In this document: piece after piece, positions 52,212 through 64,000 of the stretch
Position numbering within the stretch: the first letter of the stretch is position 1
Layout: the number at the start of each line of letters is the position of its first letter
From: Escherichia coli
Lineage (GTDB): Bacteria; Pseudomonadota; Gammaproteobacteria; Enterobacterales; Enterobacteriaceae
Assembly: GCF_030384885.1 (NCBI RefSeq)
Contig: NZ_CP128613.1
Length of the DNA: 64,000 bases
Strand: one strand, 5' to 3'
Position numbers and translations under genes: made by a program
Notes under the pieces: model-generated
Told to the model about the DNA's origin: nothing
Database searches by the model: none
Seen by the model: the letters and a program-made list of their open reading frames with translations, nothing else

Positions 52212-53630
52212 ATGGAAACCAATATCGTTGAAGTAGAGAACTTTGTTCAGCAGTCAGAAGAGAGGCGGGGTAGCGCCTTTACGCAGGAAGTGAAACGCTA
52301 CCTGGAGCGCTACCCGAATACGCAATATGTTGATGTTTTACTTACCGATTTGAATGGTTGTTTTCGTGGAAAACGTATTCCTGTTTCAAGCCTGAAGAAG
52401 CTCGAGAAAGGGTGTTATTTCCCGGCCTCGGTGTTTGCAATGGATATTCTGGGCAACGTAGTAGAAGAAGCGGGTCTGGGTCAGGAAATGGGCGAGCCGG
52501 ATCGTACCTGTGTTCCTATTCTCGGTTCCTTAACCCCATCTGCCGCCGATCCAGAGTTTATCGGTCAGATGCTCCTGACCATGGTCGATGAAGATGGCGC
52601 TCCCTTTGACGTTGAGCCGCGGAACGTTCTTAACCGCCTGTGGCAGCAGCTGCGCCAGCGCGGATTGTTCCCGGTTGTAGCGGTAGAGCTGGAGTTCTAT
52701 TTACTGGATCGCCAGCGCGACGCTGAAGGGTATCTGCAACCGCCCTGCGCGCCCGGCACCGATGACCGCAATACACAAAGTCAGGTTTACTCAGTTGATA
52801 ACCTCAACCACTTCGCCGACGTGCTCAATGATATTGATGAGCTGGCGCAGTTACAGCTGATTCCGGCAGATGGCGCGGTCGCCGAGGCCTCGCCAGGTCA
52901 GTTTGAAATCAATCTTTACCATACCGATAACGTGCTGGAAGCTTGCGATGATGCGCTGGCACTAAAACGCCTGGTGCGTCTGATGGCAGAAAAGCATAAG
53001 ATGCACGCCACTTTTATGGCGAAGCCGTATGAAGAGCACGCGGGCAGCGGGATGCATATCCATATCAGTATGCAAAATAATCGTGGCGAGAACGTGCTTT
53101 CTGACGCGGAAGGCGAAGATTCGCCGCTGCTGAAAAAGATGCTCGCCGGGATGATTGACCTGATGCCGTCATCAATGGCGTTGCTGGCACCAAACGTGAA
53201 CTCGTATCGCCGCTTCCAGCCGGGGATGTATGTACCGACGCAGGCGTCGTGGGGCCATAACAACCGCACCGTCGCCCTGCGCATTCCCTGCGGCGATCGC
53301 CATAATCACCGCGTGGAATATCGCGTGGCGGGTGCCGATGCCAACCCGTATTTGGTGATGGCAGCGATTTTTGCCGGTATTTTGCATGGCCTTGATAACG
53401 AACTGCCATTACAGGAAGAAGTCGAAGGCAACGGGCTGGAACAGGAAGGCTTACCCTTCCCGATTCGCCAGAGCGATGCCCTGGGTGAGTTTATCGAGAA
53501 TGATCACCTGCGCCGCTATTTAGGCGAACGCTTCTGCCATGTCTATCACGCCTGTAAAAATGATGAGCTGTTGCAGTTTGAGCGCCTCATCACAGAAACA
53601 GAAATTGAGTGGATGTTGAAAAACGCGTAA
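52212..53630 (+). CDS. puuA: glutamate-putrescine ligase PuuA (glutamine-synthetase-like)
   Basis: 472-aa product starting METNIVEVENF. The track ORF starts 26 codons upstream. Confidence 0.9.
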   Translation: METNIVEVENFVQQSEERRGSAFTQEVKRYLERYPNTQYVDVLLTDLNGCFRGKRIPVSSLKKLEKGCYFPASVFAMDILGNVVEEAGLGQEMGEPDRTCVPILGSLTPSAADPEFIGQMLLTMVDEDGAPFDVEPRNVLNRLWQQLRQRGLFPVVAVELEFYLLDRQRDAEGYLQPPCAPGTDDRNTQSQVYSVDNLNHFADVLNDIDELAQLQLIPADGAVAEASPGQFEINLYHTDNVLEACDDALALKRLVRLMAEKHKMHATFMAKPYEEHAGSGMHIHISMQNNRGENVLSDAEGEDSPLLKKMLAGMIDLMPSSMALLAPNVNSYRRFQPGMYVPTQASWGHNNRTVALRIPCGDRHNHRVEYRVAGADANPYLVMAAIFAGILHGLDNELPLQEEVEGNGLEQEGLPFPIRQSDALGEFIENDHLRRYLGERFCHVYHACKNDELLQFERLITETEIEWMLKNA

Positions 53631-53932
53631 TACCCCTTGCGGGGTTGTTTCAGCGGCCTGAGCGGAGCCAGGCCTGACATTTGCTGGTAATCCAGACATT
53701 TCCCGGATGTCGCGTTATGGAGCGCAGGCGGCAACGGGCTTCCGTTAACGATTAAGACTGTGACGAGGAAATGAGATGATGCCGATGATTAAATCCCCGC
53801 ATGGCGAGGGAGGCTGCGTATGCGCCCCTCCTGCGACTGACTGGACTCCGCCCCCTTTGCTTCCCTTGCTAAACAGGTTTGATTTCAGGTCGATACGACC
53901 GCAAACCTTATTACGCAGGGGAGGCAGCAATT

Positions 53933-55318
53933 ATGGCTATTAATTCACCACTGAATATTGCTGCGCAACCCGGCAAAACCCGTCTGCGAAAATCACTGAA
54001 ATTGTGGCAGGTGGTGATGATGGGTCTGGCCTATCTCACGCCGATGACTGTGTTCGATACCTTTGGCATTGTTTCCGGCATTAGCGACGGTCACGTTCCG
54101 GCGTCCTATTTGCTGGCGCTGGCGGGTGTGCTGTTTACCGCGATCAGCTACGGCAAACTGGTTCGCCAGTTTCCGGAGGCCGGTTCGGCCTATACCTACG
54201 CGCAAAAGTCGATTAACCCGCACGTCGGATTTATGGTCGGCTGGTCATCGCTGCTGGATTATCTCTTTTTGCCGATGATCAACGTTTTGTTGGCGAAAAT
54301 CTATCTCTCCGCCCTCTTCCCGGAAGTGCCGCCGTGGGTGTGGGTGGTAACCTTCGTCGCCATTTTAACCGCCGCGAATCTGAAGAGCGTCAACCTGGTG
54401 GCTAACTTCAATACCCTGTTTGTGCTGGTGCAGATTTCCATCATGTTGGTGTTTATCTTCCTGGTGGTTCAGGGGCTGCATAAAGGAGAAGGCGTTGGCA
54501 CCGTCTGGTCGCTTCAGCCGTTTATCAGCGAGAACGCACACCTGATCCCGATTATTACCGGGGCGACGATTGTCTGTTTCTCGTTCCTCGGTTTCGATGC
54601 GGTGACCACGCTTTCGGAAGAGACGCCGGACGCCGCACGCGTGATCCCGAAAGCCATCTTCCTGACGGCGGTATACGGCGGCGTTATCTTTATCGCGGCG
54701 TCGTTCTTTATGCAGCTGTTCTTCCCGGATATCAGCCGCTTTAAAGATCCGGACGCCGCACTGCCGGAAATCGCACTGTACGTTGGCGGCAAGTTGTTCC
54801 AGTCGATTTTCCTCTGCACGACGTTTGTGAACACGTTAGCGTCTGGCCTGGCGTCACATGCCAGCGTGTCGCGTCTGCTGTATGTGATGGGGCGCGACAA
54901 TGTGTTTCCGGAACGCGTGTTTGGCTATGTGCACCCGAAATGGCGGACTCCGGCACTGAATGTCATTATGGTCGGGATTGTCGCGTTGTCAGCGCTGTTC
55001 TTTGATTTAGTCACCGCGACAGCATTGATTAACTTCGGTGCTCTGGTGGCGTTTACCTTCGTTAACCTGTCGGTGTTTAATCATTTCTGGCGGCGTAAAG
55101 GAATGAATAAAAGCTGGAAGGATCACTTCCACTATTTGCTGATGCCGCTGGTTGGCGCGCTGACGGTGGGTGTGCTGTGGGTTAACCTCGAGTCAACGTC
55201 ACTGACACTCGGTCTGGTATGGGCTTCATTAGGCGGCGCATATTTGTGGTATCTGATCCGCCGCTATCGCAAAGTGCCGTTGTATGATGGTGACAGAACG
55301 CCGGTGAGCGAAACGTAA
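53933..55318 (+). CDS. puuP: putrescine importer PuuP (APC family)
   Basis: 461-aa 12-TM product starting [14 protein letters not shown]. Confidence 0.9.
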   Translation: MAINSPLNIAAQPGKTRLRKSLKLWQVVMMGLAYLTPMTVFDTFGIVSGISDGHVPASYLLALAGVLFTAISYGKLVRQFPEAGSAYTYAQKSINPHVGFMVGWSSLLDYLFLPMINVLLAKIYLSALFPEVPPWVWVVTFVAILTAANLKSVNLVANFNTLFVLVQISIMLVFIFLVVQGLHKGEGVGTVWSLQPFISENAHLIPIITGATIVCFSFLGFDAVTTLSEETPDAARVIPKAIFLTAVYGGVIFIAASFFMQLFFPDISRFKDPDAALPEIALYVGGKLFQSIFLCTTFVNTLASGLASHASVSRLLYVMGRDNVFPERVFGYVHPKWRTPALNVIMVGIVALSALFFDLVTATALINFGALVAFTFVNLSVFNHFWRRKGMNKSWKDHFHYLLMPLVGALTVGVLWVNLESTSLTLGLVWASLGGAYLWYLIRRYRKVPLYDGDRTPVSET

Positions 55319-55327
55319 TAGTCGGAT

Positions 55328-55366
55328 GCGCGGCGCATTATCCTGCCTGAGGGTAATGCGCCGCGC
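55328..55366. repeat. long palindromic stem-loop after puuP (REP-like variant or terminator)
   Basis: GCGCGGCGCATTA, a 13-nt loop, then TAATGCGCCGCGC. There is no adjacent T-run. Confidence 0.4.
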
Positions 55367-55451
55367 CATTAACTATAAAAAGATGTATGACCCGGATCAC
55401 GAGTGCTATCATCCGCCCTTATGCTTAGCGCATTAACCCCAGGGGCAAATA

Positions 55452-55697
55452 ATGAACCACGATATCCCGCTAAAATATTTTGATATTGCCGATGAGTACG
55501 CGACCGAATGCGCAGAGCCTGTCGCAGACGCAGAACGCACACCGCTGGCCCACTACTTCCAGTTACTGCTCACCCGTTTGATGAACAATGAAGAGATCAG
55601 CGAAGAAGCCCAACATGAAATGGCTGCTGAAGCGGGGATTAATCCCGTACGCATTGATGAGATCGCAGAGTTTTTGAATCAATGGGGTAATGAGTAA
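55452..55697 (+). CDS. ymjA: small protein YmjA (DUF2543)
   Basis: 81-aa acidic ORF between puuP and sapA. Confidence 0.8.
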   Translation: MNHDIPLKYFDIADEYATECAEPVADAERTPLAHYFQLLLTRLMNNEEISEEAQHEMAAEAGINPVRIDEIAEFLNQWGNE

Positions 55698-55730
55698 TTA
55701 TTTCATTGCAGACGCTCGGTCAGTATCGTT

Positions 55731-55762
55731 GCCCGGATAAAGCGTTCACGCCGCATCCGGCT
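55731..55762. repeat. REP unit between ymjA and sapA
   Basis: TGCCCGGATAAAGCGTTCACGCCGCATCCGGC. Confidence 0.75.
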
Positions 55763-56009
55763 AAAAATGACACGCACTGCAGCGTGCTTTAATGGGTTTC
55801 TCACGATCGTACCGCTCTGCTCCTCGCTAAGTTGTTCTGTGAGTTATAGTTATAGAGAAATCACGGGTACGAATGTTGAACAGATGGCGACGTCACCTGT
55901 TCAACGACCAACCACACGGCCCTCATTACGACCCCTGAACACAAACGGTAATGGCAAATGTCATTAAATATTAGTAAGATAGCCTCTTTACATAAAATCC
56001 CTTAATATT

Positions 56010-57653
56010 ATGCGCCAGGTATTATCGTCTCTTTTGGTGATTGCTGGACTTGTGAGTGGTCAGGCAATCGCCGCGCCTGAATCCCCCCCGCATGCTGATA
56101 TCCGCGACAGCGGTTTTGTCTATTGCGTCAGCGGGCAAGTCAACACCTTTAACCCATCCAAAGCGAGCAGTGGGTTAATTGTCGATACCCTTGCCGCCCA
56201 GTTTTATGATCGACTGCTGGATGTCGATCCCTATACCTATCGCCTGATGCCGGAACTTGCCGAAAGCTGGGAAGTGCTCGACAACGGCGCGACCTATCGC
56301 TTCCACCTGCGTCGCGATGTTCCGTTTCAAAAAACCGACTGGTTTACTCCCACTCGTAAAATGAATGCCGACGATGTGGTGTTTACCTTCCAGCGAATTT
56401 TTGACCGTAACAACCCGTGGCATAACGTCAACGGCAGCAACTTTCCCTACTTCGACAGCCTGCAATTTGCCGATAACGTTAAAAGCGTTCGCAAACTGGA
56501 TAATCATACCGTTGAGTTCCGACTCGCCCAGCCGGATGCTTCTTTTTTGTGGCACCTGGCGACCCATTATGCATCGGTCATGTCGGCAGAATATGCCGGG
56601 AAGTTAGAGAAAGAAGATCGCCAGGAGCAACTCGACCGTCAACCGGTTGGCACTGGACCGTATCAGTTATCGGAATACCGCGCCGGGCAATTTATTCGCC
56701 TACAACGTCATGATGACTTCTGGCGCGGCAAACCGTTAATGCCGCAGGTGGTGGTGGATTTAGGCTCCGGCGGTACCGGACGTCTGTCGAAACTCCTGAC
56801 CGGGGAGTGCGACGTTCTGGCCTGGCCTGCTGCCAGTCAGCTATCCATTTTGCGTGACGACCCACGCTTGCGTTTAACGCTGCGCCCGGGGATGAATGTC
56901 GCCTATCTGGCATTTAACACTGCTAAACCGCCGCTAAATAATCCCGCTGTCCGCCATGCGCTGGCACTGGCGATCAATAACCAGCGTCTGATGCAATCCA
57001 TCTATTATGGTACGGCTGAAACGGCAGCCTCTATTTTACCGCGTGCCTCGTGGGCCTATGACAACGAGGCTAAAATTACTGAATACAACCCGGCGAAATC
57101 GCGCGAACAGTTGAAGGCGTTAGGGCTGGAAAACTTAACGCTGAAACTGTGGGTGCCCACACGTTCGCAGGCGTGGAACCCCAGTCCACTGAAAACCGCC
57201 GAACTGATTCAGGCGGATATGGCGCAGGTTGGCGTAAAAGTGGTGATTGTGCCGGTAGAAGGTCGTTTTCAGGAGGCGCGGTTGATGGATATGAGCCATG
57301 ATCTGACATTATCCGGTTGGGCGACAGACAGTAACGATCCGGACAGTTTCTTTCGTCCGCTACTGAGCTGCGCAGCAATACATTCCCAGACCAACCTCGC
57401 CCACTGGTGCGATCCGAAATTCGACAGCGTGTTGCGTAAGGCGCTCTCCTCGCAACAGCTGGCGGCGCGTATTGAAGCCTATGACGAAGCGCAAAGTATT
57501 CTGGCGCAGGAATTGCCCATTTTGCCGCTGGCGTCGTCATTGCGCTTGCAAGCCTACCGTTACGATATCAAAGGGCTGGTTCTTAGCCCGTTTGGTAACG
57601 CCTCCTTTGCTGGTGTGTATCGCGAGAAACAGGATGAGGTGAAAAAACCATGA
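56010..57653 (+). CDS. sapA: periplasmic SBP SapA (putrescine/peptide ABC transporter)
   Basis: 547-aa ORF with a signal peptide. It is a family 5 SBP. Confidence 0.93.
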   Translation: MRQVLSSLLVIAGLVSGQAIAAPESPPHADIRDSGFVYCVSGQVNTFNPSKASSGLIVDTLAAQFYDRLLDVDPYTYRLMPELAESWEVLDNGATYRFHLRRDVPFQKTDWFTPTRKMNADDVVFTFQRIFDRNNPWHNVNGSNFPYFDSLQFADNVKSVRKLDNHTVEFRLAQPDASFLWHLATHYASVMSAEYAGKLEKEDRQEQLDRQPVGTGPYQLSEYRAGQFIRLQRHDDFWRGKPLMPQVVVDLGSGGTGRLSKLLTGECDVLAWPAASQLSILRDDPRLRLTLRPGMNVAYLAFNTAKPPLNNPAVRHALALAINNQRLMQSIYYGTAETAASILPRASWAYDNEAKITEYNPAKSREQLKALGLENLTLKLWVPTRSQAWNPSPLKTAELIQADMAQVGVKVVIVPVEGRFQEARLMDMSHDLTLSGWATDSNDPDSFFRPLLSCAAIHSQTNLAHWCDPKFDSVLRKALSSQQLAARIEAYDEAQSILAQELPILPLASSLRLQAYRYDIKGLVLSPFGNASFAGVYREKQDEVKKP

Positions 57654-58615
57654 TTATCTTCACCTTACGCCGCATTTTGTTATTGATTGTCACCTTGTTC
57701 CTGCTGACGTTCGTTGGCTTTAGCTTGAGCTATTTCACCCCACATGCGCCGTTACAAGGCGCGTCACTGTGGAATGCCTGGGTGTTCTGGTTTAATGGTC
57801 TGATCCACTGGGATTTTGGTGTTTCCAGCATTAACGGTCAACCGATTGCCGAACAGTTAAAAGAGGTCTTCCCGGCGACGATGGAACTGTGCATCCTCGC
57901 CTTCGGTTTTGCGCTGATTGTTGGCATCCCCGTAGGGATGATTGCCGGGATTACGCGCCATAAGTGGCAGGATAACTTGATCAACGCCATCGCCTTACTG
58001 GGCTTTTCCATCCCGGTGTTCTGGCTGGCGCTTCTGTTGACGCTATTTTGTTCACTCACGCTAGGTTGGTTGCCCGTTTCAGGGCGTTTCGATCTGCTCT
58101 ACGAAGTGAAACCGATTACCGGTTTTGCGTTGATTGATGCCTGGCTTTCGGACTCACCATGGCGGGATGAAATGGTCATGAGCGCAATCCGCCATATGAT
58201 ATTGCCCGTGATCACCCTGTCGGTTGCGCCAACAACTGAAGTGATCCGACTGATGCGTATCAGCACAATCGAAGTGTATGACCAGAACTATGTTAAAGCG
58301 GCGGCGACCCGCGGTTTGTCGCGCTTTACTATTTTGCGTCGCCATGTTCTGCATAACGCGTTACCTCCGGTTATTCCTCGCCTGGGCTTACAGTTTTCTA
58401 CCATGCTGACGCTGGCGATGATCACCGAAATGGTTTTTAGCTGGCCGGGTTTAGGGCGCTGGTTAATTAACGCCATCCGCCAGCAAGATTACGCGGCCAT
58501 TTCCGCCGGAGTGATGGTGTGTGGCTCACTGGTCATTATTGTTAACGTGATTTCTGATATTTTGGGTGCCATGGCTAACCCTCTGAAACATAAGGAATGG
58601 TATGCCTTACGATAG
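57650..58615 (+). CDS. sapB: ABC permease SapB
   Basis: 321-aa ORF overlapping the sapA stop. Confidence 0.93.
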   Translation: MIIFTLRRILLLIVTLFLLTFVGFSLSYFTPHAPLQGASLWNAWVFWFNGLIHWDFGVSSINGQPIAEQLKEVFPATMELCILAFGFALIVGIPVGMIAGITRHKWQDNLINAIALLGFSIPVFWLALLLTLFCSLTLGWLPVSGRFDLLYEVKPITGFALIDAWLSDSPWRDEMVMSAIRHMILPVITLSVAPTTEVIRLMRISTIEVYDQNYVKAAATRGLSRFTILRRHVLHNALPPVIPRLGLQFSTMLTLAMITEMVFSWPGLGRWLINAIRQQDYAAISAGVMVCGSLVIIVNVISDILGAMANPLKHKEWYALR

Positions 58616-59492
58616 CGTATACAGCGAAAAGCGCCCGCCGGGCACGCTGCGTACCGCCTGGCGCAAATTTTATAGTGATGCCTCTGCGATGGTCGGTCTG
58701 TACGGCTGCGCGGGACTGGCTGTACTGTGTATTTTTGGTGGCTGGTTTGCGCCTTACGGAATCGATCAGCAATTTCTCGGCTATCAATTATTGCCGCCGT
58801 CATGGTCACGCTATGGCGAAGTTTCTTTCTTCCTGGGGACTGACGACCTCGGACGCGATGTTTTAAGTCGTTTACTGAGTGGAGCTGCACCAACCGTGGG
58901 GGGGGCATTTGTGGTGACGCTTGCAGCGACAATCTGTGGCCTGGTACTTGGCACCTTTGCCGGGTCGACGCACGGTCTACGCTCAGCAGTACTAAACCAT
59001 ATTCTGGATACCTTACTAGCGATCCCTTCTCTGCTGCTGGCAATTATCGTTGTAGCGTTTGCCGGACCGAGTTTGTCGCACGCCATGTTTGCTGTCTGGC
59101 TGGCGCTGCTGCCGCGTATGGTACGTTCAATTTACAGCATGGTGCATGATGAACTGGAAAAAGAGTATGTTATCGCCGCCCGTCTGGATGGCGCATCAAC
59201 GCTGAATATTCTCTGGTTTGCGGTGATGCCTAACATCACCGCCGGGCTGGTCACCGAAATCACCCGCGCACTGTCGATGGCAATTCTTGACATCGCCGCG
59301 CTGGGCTTTCTCGATCTCGGCGCACAACTCCCCTCGCCTGAATGGGGAGCGATGCTCGGTGATGCGCTGGAACTGATTTATGTCGCCCCGTGGACTGTCA
59401 TGCTGCCAGGTGCGGCAATTATGATTAGCGTGCTGTTGGTTAACCTCCTTGGCGACGGTGTTCGTCGTGCAATTATTGCGGGGGTGGAATAA
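58602..59492 (+). CDS. sapC: ABC permease SapC
   Basis: 296-aa ORF. Confidence 0.93.
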
Positions 59493-60484
59493 TGCCATTA
59501 CTCGATATTCGTAACCTGACCATTGAATTTAAAACCGGTGATGAGTGGGTTAAAGCCGTCGACCGCGTAAGTATGACCTTAACCGAAGGTGAAATCCGCG
59601 GTCTTGTTGGCGAATCCGGTTCCGGCAAAAGTTTGATTGCAAAAGCAATTTGTGGGGTGAATAAAGATAACTGGCGTGTTACTGCTGACCGTATGCGTTT
59701 TGATGATATCGATTTGCTGCGTCTCTCCGCACGCGAACGGCGCAAGCTGGTTGGTCACAACGTGTCGATGATTTTCCAAGAACCGCAGTCTTGTCTTGAC
59801 CCTTCAGAACGTGTGGGTCGCCAGTTGATGCAAAACATCCCAGCCTGGACCTATAAAGGCCGTTGGTGGCAGCGTTTTGGCTGGCGCAAACGCCGTGCCA
59901 TTGAACTTCTGCACCGTGTGGGGATTAAAGATCACAAAGATGCAATGCGCAGTTTTCCCTATGAGTTGACCGAAGGTGAATGTCAGAAAGTGATGATAGC
60001 CATTGCACTGGCGAATCAACCGCGTCTGCTGATTGCTGACGAACCGACAAACTCAATGGAGCCAACAACCCAGGCGCAAATCTTTCGCCTGCTGACGCGT
60101 CTCAACCAAAACAGCAATACCACTATTTTGCTTATCAGCCATGACTTACAAATGCTTAGCCAATGGGCGGATAAAATTAACGTGCTTTACTGCGGTCAAA
60201 CGGTGGAAACCGCGCCGAGTAAGGAGTTGGTGACAATGCCACATCATCCCTATACCCAGGCGCTGATCCGCGCGATACCAGACTTCGGCAGCGCGATGCC
60301 GCATAAAAGTCGCCTCAATACGCTGCCCGGCGCTATCCCACTGCTGGAACAGTTACCGATTGGGTGTCGTCTGGGGCCGCGTTGCCCGTATGCACAACGA
60401 GAATGCATTGTGACGCCACGTTTGACGGGGGCGAAAAATCATCTCTATGCCTGTCATTTCCCGCTGAACATGGAGAAAGAGTGA
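59492..60484 (+). CDS. sapD: ABC ATPase SapD
   Basis: 330-aa ORF with Walker A GESGSGKS. Confidence 0.93.
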
Positions 60485-60485
60485 G

Positions 60486-61292
60486 ATGATCGAAACGCTG
60501 CTTGAAGTGCGTAATTTAAGTAAAACGTTCCGCTACCGGACCGGCTGGTTTCGTCGTCAGACCGTAGAAGCGGTAAAACCCTTGAGCTTTACGCTACGTG
60601 AAGGCCAGACACTGGCGATCATTGGCGAGAATGGTTCTGGTAAATCCACGCTGGCGAAAATGCTGGCGGGAATGATAGAACCGACCAGCGGCGAGTTATT
60701 GATTGACGATCATCCGCTGCATTTTGGCGATTATTCCTTCCGTAGTCAGCGTATTCGCATGATTTTTCAGGATCCTTCGACCTCGTTGAATCCCCGTCAA
60801 CGTATCTCGCAGATTCTTGATTTTCCACTGCGCTTGAACACCGATCTGGAACCTGAACAGCGTCGGAAACAGATTATTGAAACAATGCGGATGGTTGGGC
60901 TGCTACCGGATCACGTCAGTTACTATCCGCATATGTTGGCACCCGGGCAAAAACAGCGTCTGGGGCTGGCGCGCGCGCTGATATTGCGTCCAAAAGTGAT
61001 TATTGCCGATGAAGCCCTCGCCTCACTGGATATGTCGATGCGTTCGCAGTTGATTAATCTGATGCTGGAGTTACAGGAAAAACAGGGCATTTCGTATATT
61101 TATGTCACCCAGCATATTGGGATGATGAAGCACATTAGCGACCAGGTACTGGTGATGCATCAGGGCGAGGTTGTCGAGCGAGGTAGTACTGCGGATGTGC
61201 TCGCCTCTCCGCTGCACGACCTCACTAAACGACTGATTGCCGGTCATTTTGGCGAGGCATTGACGGCGGATGCGTGGCGTAAGGACCGTTAA
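60486..61292 (+). CDS. sapF: ABC ATPase SapF
   Basis: 268-aa ORF with Walker A GENGSGKST. Confidence 0.93.
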   Translation: MIETLLEVRNLSKTFRYRTGWFRRQTVEAVKPLSFTLREGQTLAIIGENGSGKSTLAKMLAGMIEPTSGELLIDDHPLHFGDYSFRSQRIRMIFQDPSTSLNPRQRISQILDFPLRLNTDLEPEQRRKQIIETMRMVGLLPDHVSYYPHMLAPGQKQRLGLARALILRPKVIIADEALASLDMSMRSQLINLMLELQEKQGISYIYVTQHIGMMKHISDQVLVMHQGEVVERGSTADVLASPLHDLTKRLIAGHFGEALTADAWRKDR

Positions 61293-61362
61293 TTTTCTGA
61301 ATCAAGCTTGCAGAATATTCACCTCATTCTGACAGGGAAATTCATCCTGTCAGAATGAAGGG

Positions 61363-61809
61363 ATGGATAAAATAAAAGCAAATGCCCGCGATTTAAGACG
61401 CAACCTCACCCCGCAGGAGCGAAAGTTCTGGCGATATCTTCGCAGCCGACGTTTTGCTGATTTCAAATTTCGCCGTCAACATCCGGTGGGGAATTACATT
61501 CTCGATTTTGCCTGTTGCTCTGCACGTTTAGCGGTAGAGCTTGATGGTGGGCAACATGATTCAGCTATCGCGTATGATACCAGGCGCACGCGCTGGCTTG
61601 AGTCCCAGGGCTGGACCGTGCTGCGTTTCTGGAATAACGAGATCGATCATAATGAAGAGGCGGTTCTGGGGGAGATTCTGCAGGAACTGAACCGCCGGTC
61701 ACCCTCACCCCAACCCTCTCCCCAGAGGGGCGAGGGGGCTGTATGTGCCTGTTTGTTGCTGCGCAGGCAAATGAACAAGCGGTGCCGGGGATCATTCTGC
61801 AGGAACTGA
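61363..61809 (+). CDS. ycjD: DUF559 (very-short-patch-repair-like endonuclease fold) protein YcjD. The 3' end runs into a repeat element, so the true stop is uncertain.
   Basis: N-terminus MDKIKANARDLRRNLTPQERKFWRYL followed by a conserved DUF559 core. The ORF is 148 codons here, against 117 aa in K-12 from memory. The last ~35 codons (SPSPQPSPQRGEGAVCAC...) are encoded by the repeat described in the findings. Confidence 0.75.
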   Translation: MDKIKANARDLRRNLTPQERKFWRYLRSRRFADFKFRRQHPVGNYILDFACCSARLAVELDGGQHDSAIAYDTRRTRWLESQGWTVLRFWNNEIDHNEEAVLGEILQELNRRSPSPQPSPQRGEGAVCACLLLRRQMNKRCRGSFCRN

Positions 61810-61929
61810 GCCGCCTGTTACCCTCTCCCTGAAAGGGCATGGGGGCTGTATGTGCCTGTTTGTTGCTGGGGTGACAACGCGCACAATCGGTCCCCTCGCC
61901 CCTCTGGGGAGAGGGTTAGGGTGAGGGGA
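61676..61929. repeat. composite repeat: tandem ~90-bp duplication plus a 38-bp inverted repeat pair
   Basis: IR-L TCACCCTCACCCCAACCCTCTCCCCAGAGGGGCGAGGGG (61700-61738). IR-R CCCCTCGCCCCTCTGGGGAGAGGGTTAGGGTGAGGGGA (61892-61929). Direct repeats GGGGCTGTATGTGCCTGTTTGTTGCTG at 61736 and 61841, and TTCTGCAGGAACTGA(A/G)CCGCC at 61676 and 61795. Confidence 0.8.
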
Positions 61930-62080
61930 AAAGCGCACACCCGTGCCCACATTCCTGCCAACTATAGCCACCCACAGCCAGGTTGATTATAATAACCGTT
62001 TATCTGTTCGTACTGTTTACTAAAACGACGAATCGCCTGATTTTCAGGCACAACAAGCATCAACAATAAGGATTAAAGCT

Positions 62081-62869
62081 ATGGGTTTTCTTTCCGGTAA
62101 GCGCATTCTGGTAACCGGTGTTGCCAGCAAACTGTCCATCGCCTACGGTATCGCTCAGGCGATGCACCGCGAAGGAGCTGAACTGGCATTCACCTACCAG
62201 AACGACAAACTGAAAGGCCGCGTAGAAGAATTTGCCGCTCAATTGGGTTCTGACATCGTTCTGCAGTGCGATGTTGCCGAAGATGCCAGCATCGACACCA
62301 TGTTCGCTGAACTGGGGAAAGTTTGGCCGAAATTTGACGGTTTCGTACACTCTATTGGTTTTGCACCTGGCGATCAGCTGGATGGTGACTATGTTAACGC
62401 CGTTACTCGTGAAGGCTTCAAAATTGCCCACGACATCAGCTCCTACAGCTTCGTTGCAATGGCAAAAGCTTGCCGCTCCATGCTGAATCCGGGCTCTGCC
62501 CTGCTGACCCTTTCCTACCTTGGCGCTGAGCGCGCTATCCCGAACTACAACGTTATGGGTCTGGCAAAAGCGTCTCTGGAAGCGAACGTGCGCTATATGG
62601 CGAACGCGATGGGTCCGGAAGGTGTGCGTGTTAACGCCATCTCTGCTGGTCCGATCCGTACTCTGGCGGCTTCCGGTATCAAAGACTTCCGCAAAATGCT
62701 GGCTCATTGCGAAGCCGTTACCCCGATTCGTCGCACCGTTACCATCGAAGACGTCGGTAACTCCGCAGCGTTCCTGTGCTCCGATCTCTCTGCCGGTATC
62801 TCCGGTGAAGTGGTCCACGTTGACGGCGGTTTCAGCATCGCTGCAATGAACGAACTCGAACTGAAATAA
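62081..62869 (+). CDS. fabI: enoyl-ACP reductase FabI
   Basis: 262-aa SDR starting [28 protein letters not shown]. Confidence 0.97.
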
Positions 62870-63012
62870 TCGTTCTGTTGGTCAAGATGGGCGGCGTTCT
62901 GCCGCCCGTTATCTCTGTTATACCTTTCTGATATTTGTTATCGCCGATCCGTCTTTCTCCCCTTCCCGCCTTGCGTCAGGATAACGATTTCCTTTACGAC
63001 CAAGGAGCGCCC

Positions 63013-64000
63013 ATGGAACAACGCCACATCACCGGCAAAAGCCACTGGTATCATGAAACGCAATCCAGTACTGCGGAGAATGACGTTCTGCCTCTGGTCC
63101 CGGAAGCCGCAAAGGTTCGCGATCCCTTTCTGCTCGACGTGATCCTTGATGAAGAAACGCTGGCCCCCTTCCTTTCATGGATGGTCCCGGCGCGCATTCT
63201 TGCAGCGGAGTTGTTCCCTGACCAGCTTACTGTGACCCGTTCACAGACCTTCACCGCTTATGAACGTTTGTCGACGGCCCTGACGGTTGCTCAGGTTTGC
63301 GGCGTCCAGCGGTTGTGCAACTACTATTCGGCGCGACTTACACCGCTCCCCGGACCTGATTCCTCCAGGGAAAGCAATCATCGACTGGCACAAATCACGC
63401 AATATGCCCGTCAACTGGCCAGCTCGCCTTCAATAATCGACAACCGATCGCGCCAGCATCTGAATGACGTCGGTCTTACTGCCTGGGACTGTGTGATTAT
63501 CAACCAAATCGTTGGTTTTATTGGCTTTCAGGCGCGGGCAATGGCGACATTTCAGGCTTATCTCGGGCATCCGGTACGCTGGTTACCCGGTCTGGAGATA
63601 CAAAAGTACGCCGACACGTCACTGTTTACGGTTGAATCAATACGCTGGCGAAGCTGCTATGAGGTGGAAAAACTCCCTGAAGAACAGACAAAAAGTTCAA
63701 CTGCAGAACTGTGCCAACTGGCTGAAACGCTCTCTCTCCACCCTAATTCACTTTCCCTTCTCGAAAAGTTGTTAAACAGCACACGGGTCAATACACAGCC
63801 GGATAATAAGCTTGCGGCGTTGTTATGCGCGCGTATTAATGGCAGTCCTGCTTGTTTTGCCGCCTGTATAAATTCATCAAATGAATATAAAAAAATCAGC
63901 CCCCTTCTCCGTAAGGGCGAAAATGAAATTAACCAATGGGCTGACCGTGATTCTGTTGAGCGCGCTACCGTTCAGGCGATACAATGGCTGACCCGAGCAC
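63013..64000 (+). CDS. yciW: YciW, a CMD/AhpD-like putative oxidoreductase (3' end lies outside the window)
   Basis: SD AAGGAG 6 nt upstream. The product starts [15 protein letters not shown]. Its position after fabI matches K-12. Confidence 0.8.
   Translation, partial: MEQRHITGKSHWYHETQSSTAENDVLPLVPEAAKVRDPFLLDVILDEETLAPFLSWMVPARILAAELFPDQLTVTRSQTFTAYERLSTALTVAQVCGVQRLCNYYSARLTPLPGPDSSRESNHRLAQITQYARQLASSPSIIDNRSRQHLNDVGLTAWDCVIINQIVGFIGFQARAMATFQAYLGHPVRWLPGLEIQKYADTSLFTVESIRWRSCYEVEKLPEEQTKSSTAELCQLAETLSLHPNSLSLLEKLLNSTRVNTQPDNKLAALLCARINGSPACFAACINSSNEYKKISPLLRKGENEINQWADRDSVERATVQAIQWLTRA

Overview
This window is an Escherichia coli chromosomal segment, colinear with K-12 MG1655 (about 1.34-1.44 Mb) but in reverse orientation. 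Gene order and reference coordinates are recalled from memory of the MG1655 map; no database search was run. The segment runs from the 3' end of pfo/ydbK to the start of yciW. Gene order: pfo', micC, ompN, uspF, ttcA, dbpA, fnrS, zntB, dgcM(ydaM), smrA(ydaL), mcaS, abgR, abgA, abgB, abgT, ogt, fnr, uspE, ynaJ, ynaI, mppA, mpaA, ycjG, tpx, [inserted 698-aa ORF], tyrR, ycjF, ycjX, ycjW, ompG, ycjV-U-T-S-R-Q-P-O-N-M, pspEDCBA, pspF, puuE-B-C-R-D, puuA, puuP, ymjA, sapABCDF, ycjD, fabI, yciW'. All gene identifications rest on recognising the protein sequences and the recalled gene order. There are no rRNA or tRNA genes, CRISPR arrays, IS elements, integrases or transposases. Differences from K-12 as I remember it are: (1) no Rac prophage, so ttcA is intact and lies beside uspF; (2) no IS5 between ynaI and ynaJ; (3) mppA and mpaA are directly divergent, with ycjY-ymjD-ymjC and pgrR absent; (4) ycjV is full-length; (5) ycjO carries a -1 frameshift; (6) ycjD has a longer 3' end running into a composite repeat; and (7) about 2.2 kb lies between the convergent tpx and tyrR genes and carries one large ORF of unknown function, which I recall being absent from K-12. 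Item (7) is the most likely candidate for something undescribed.
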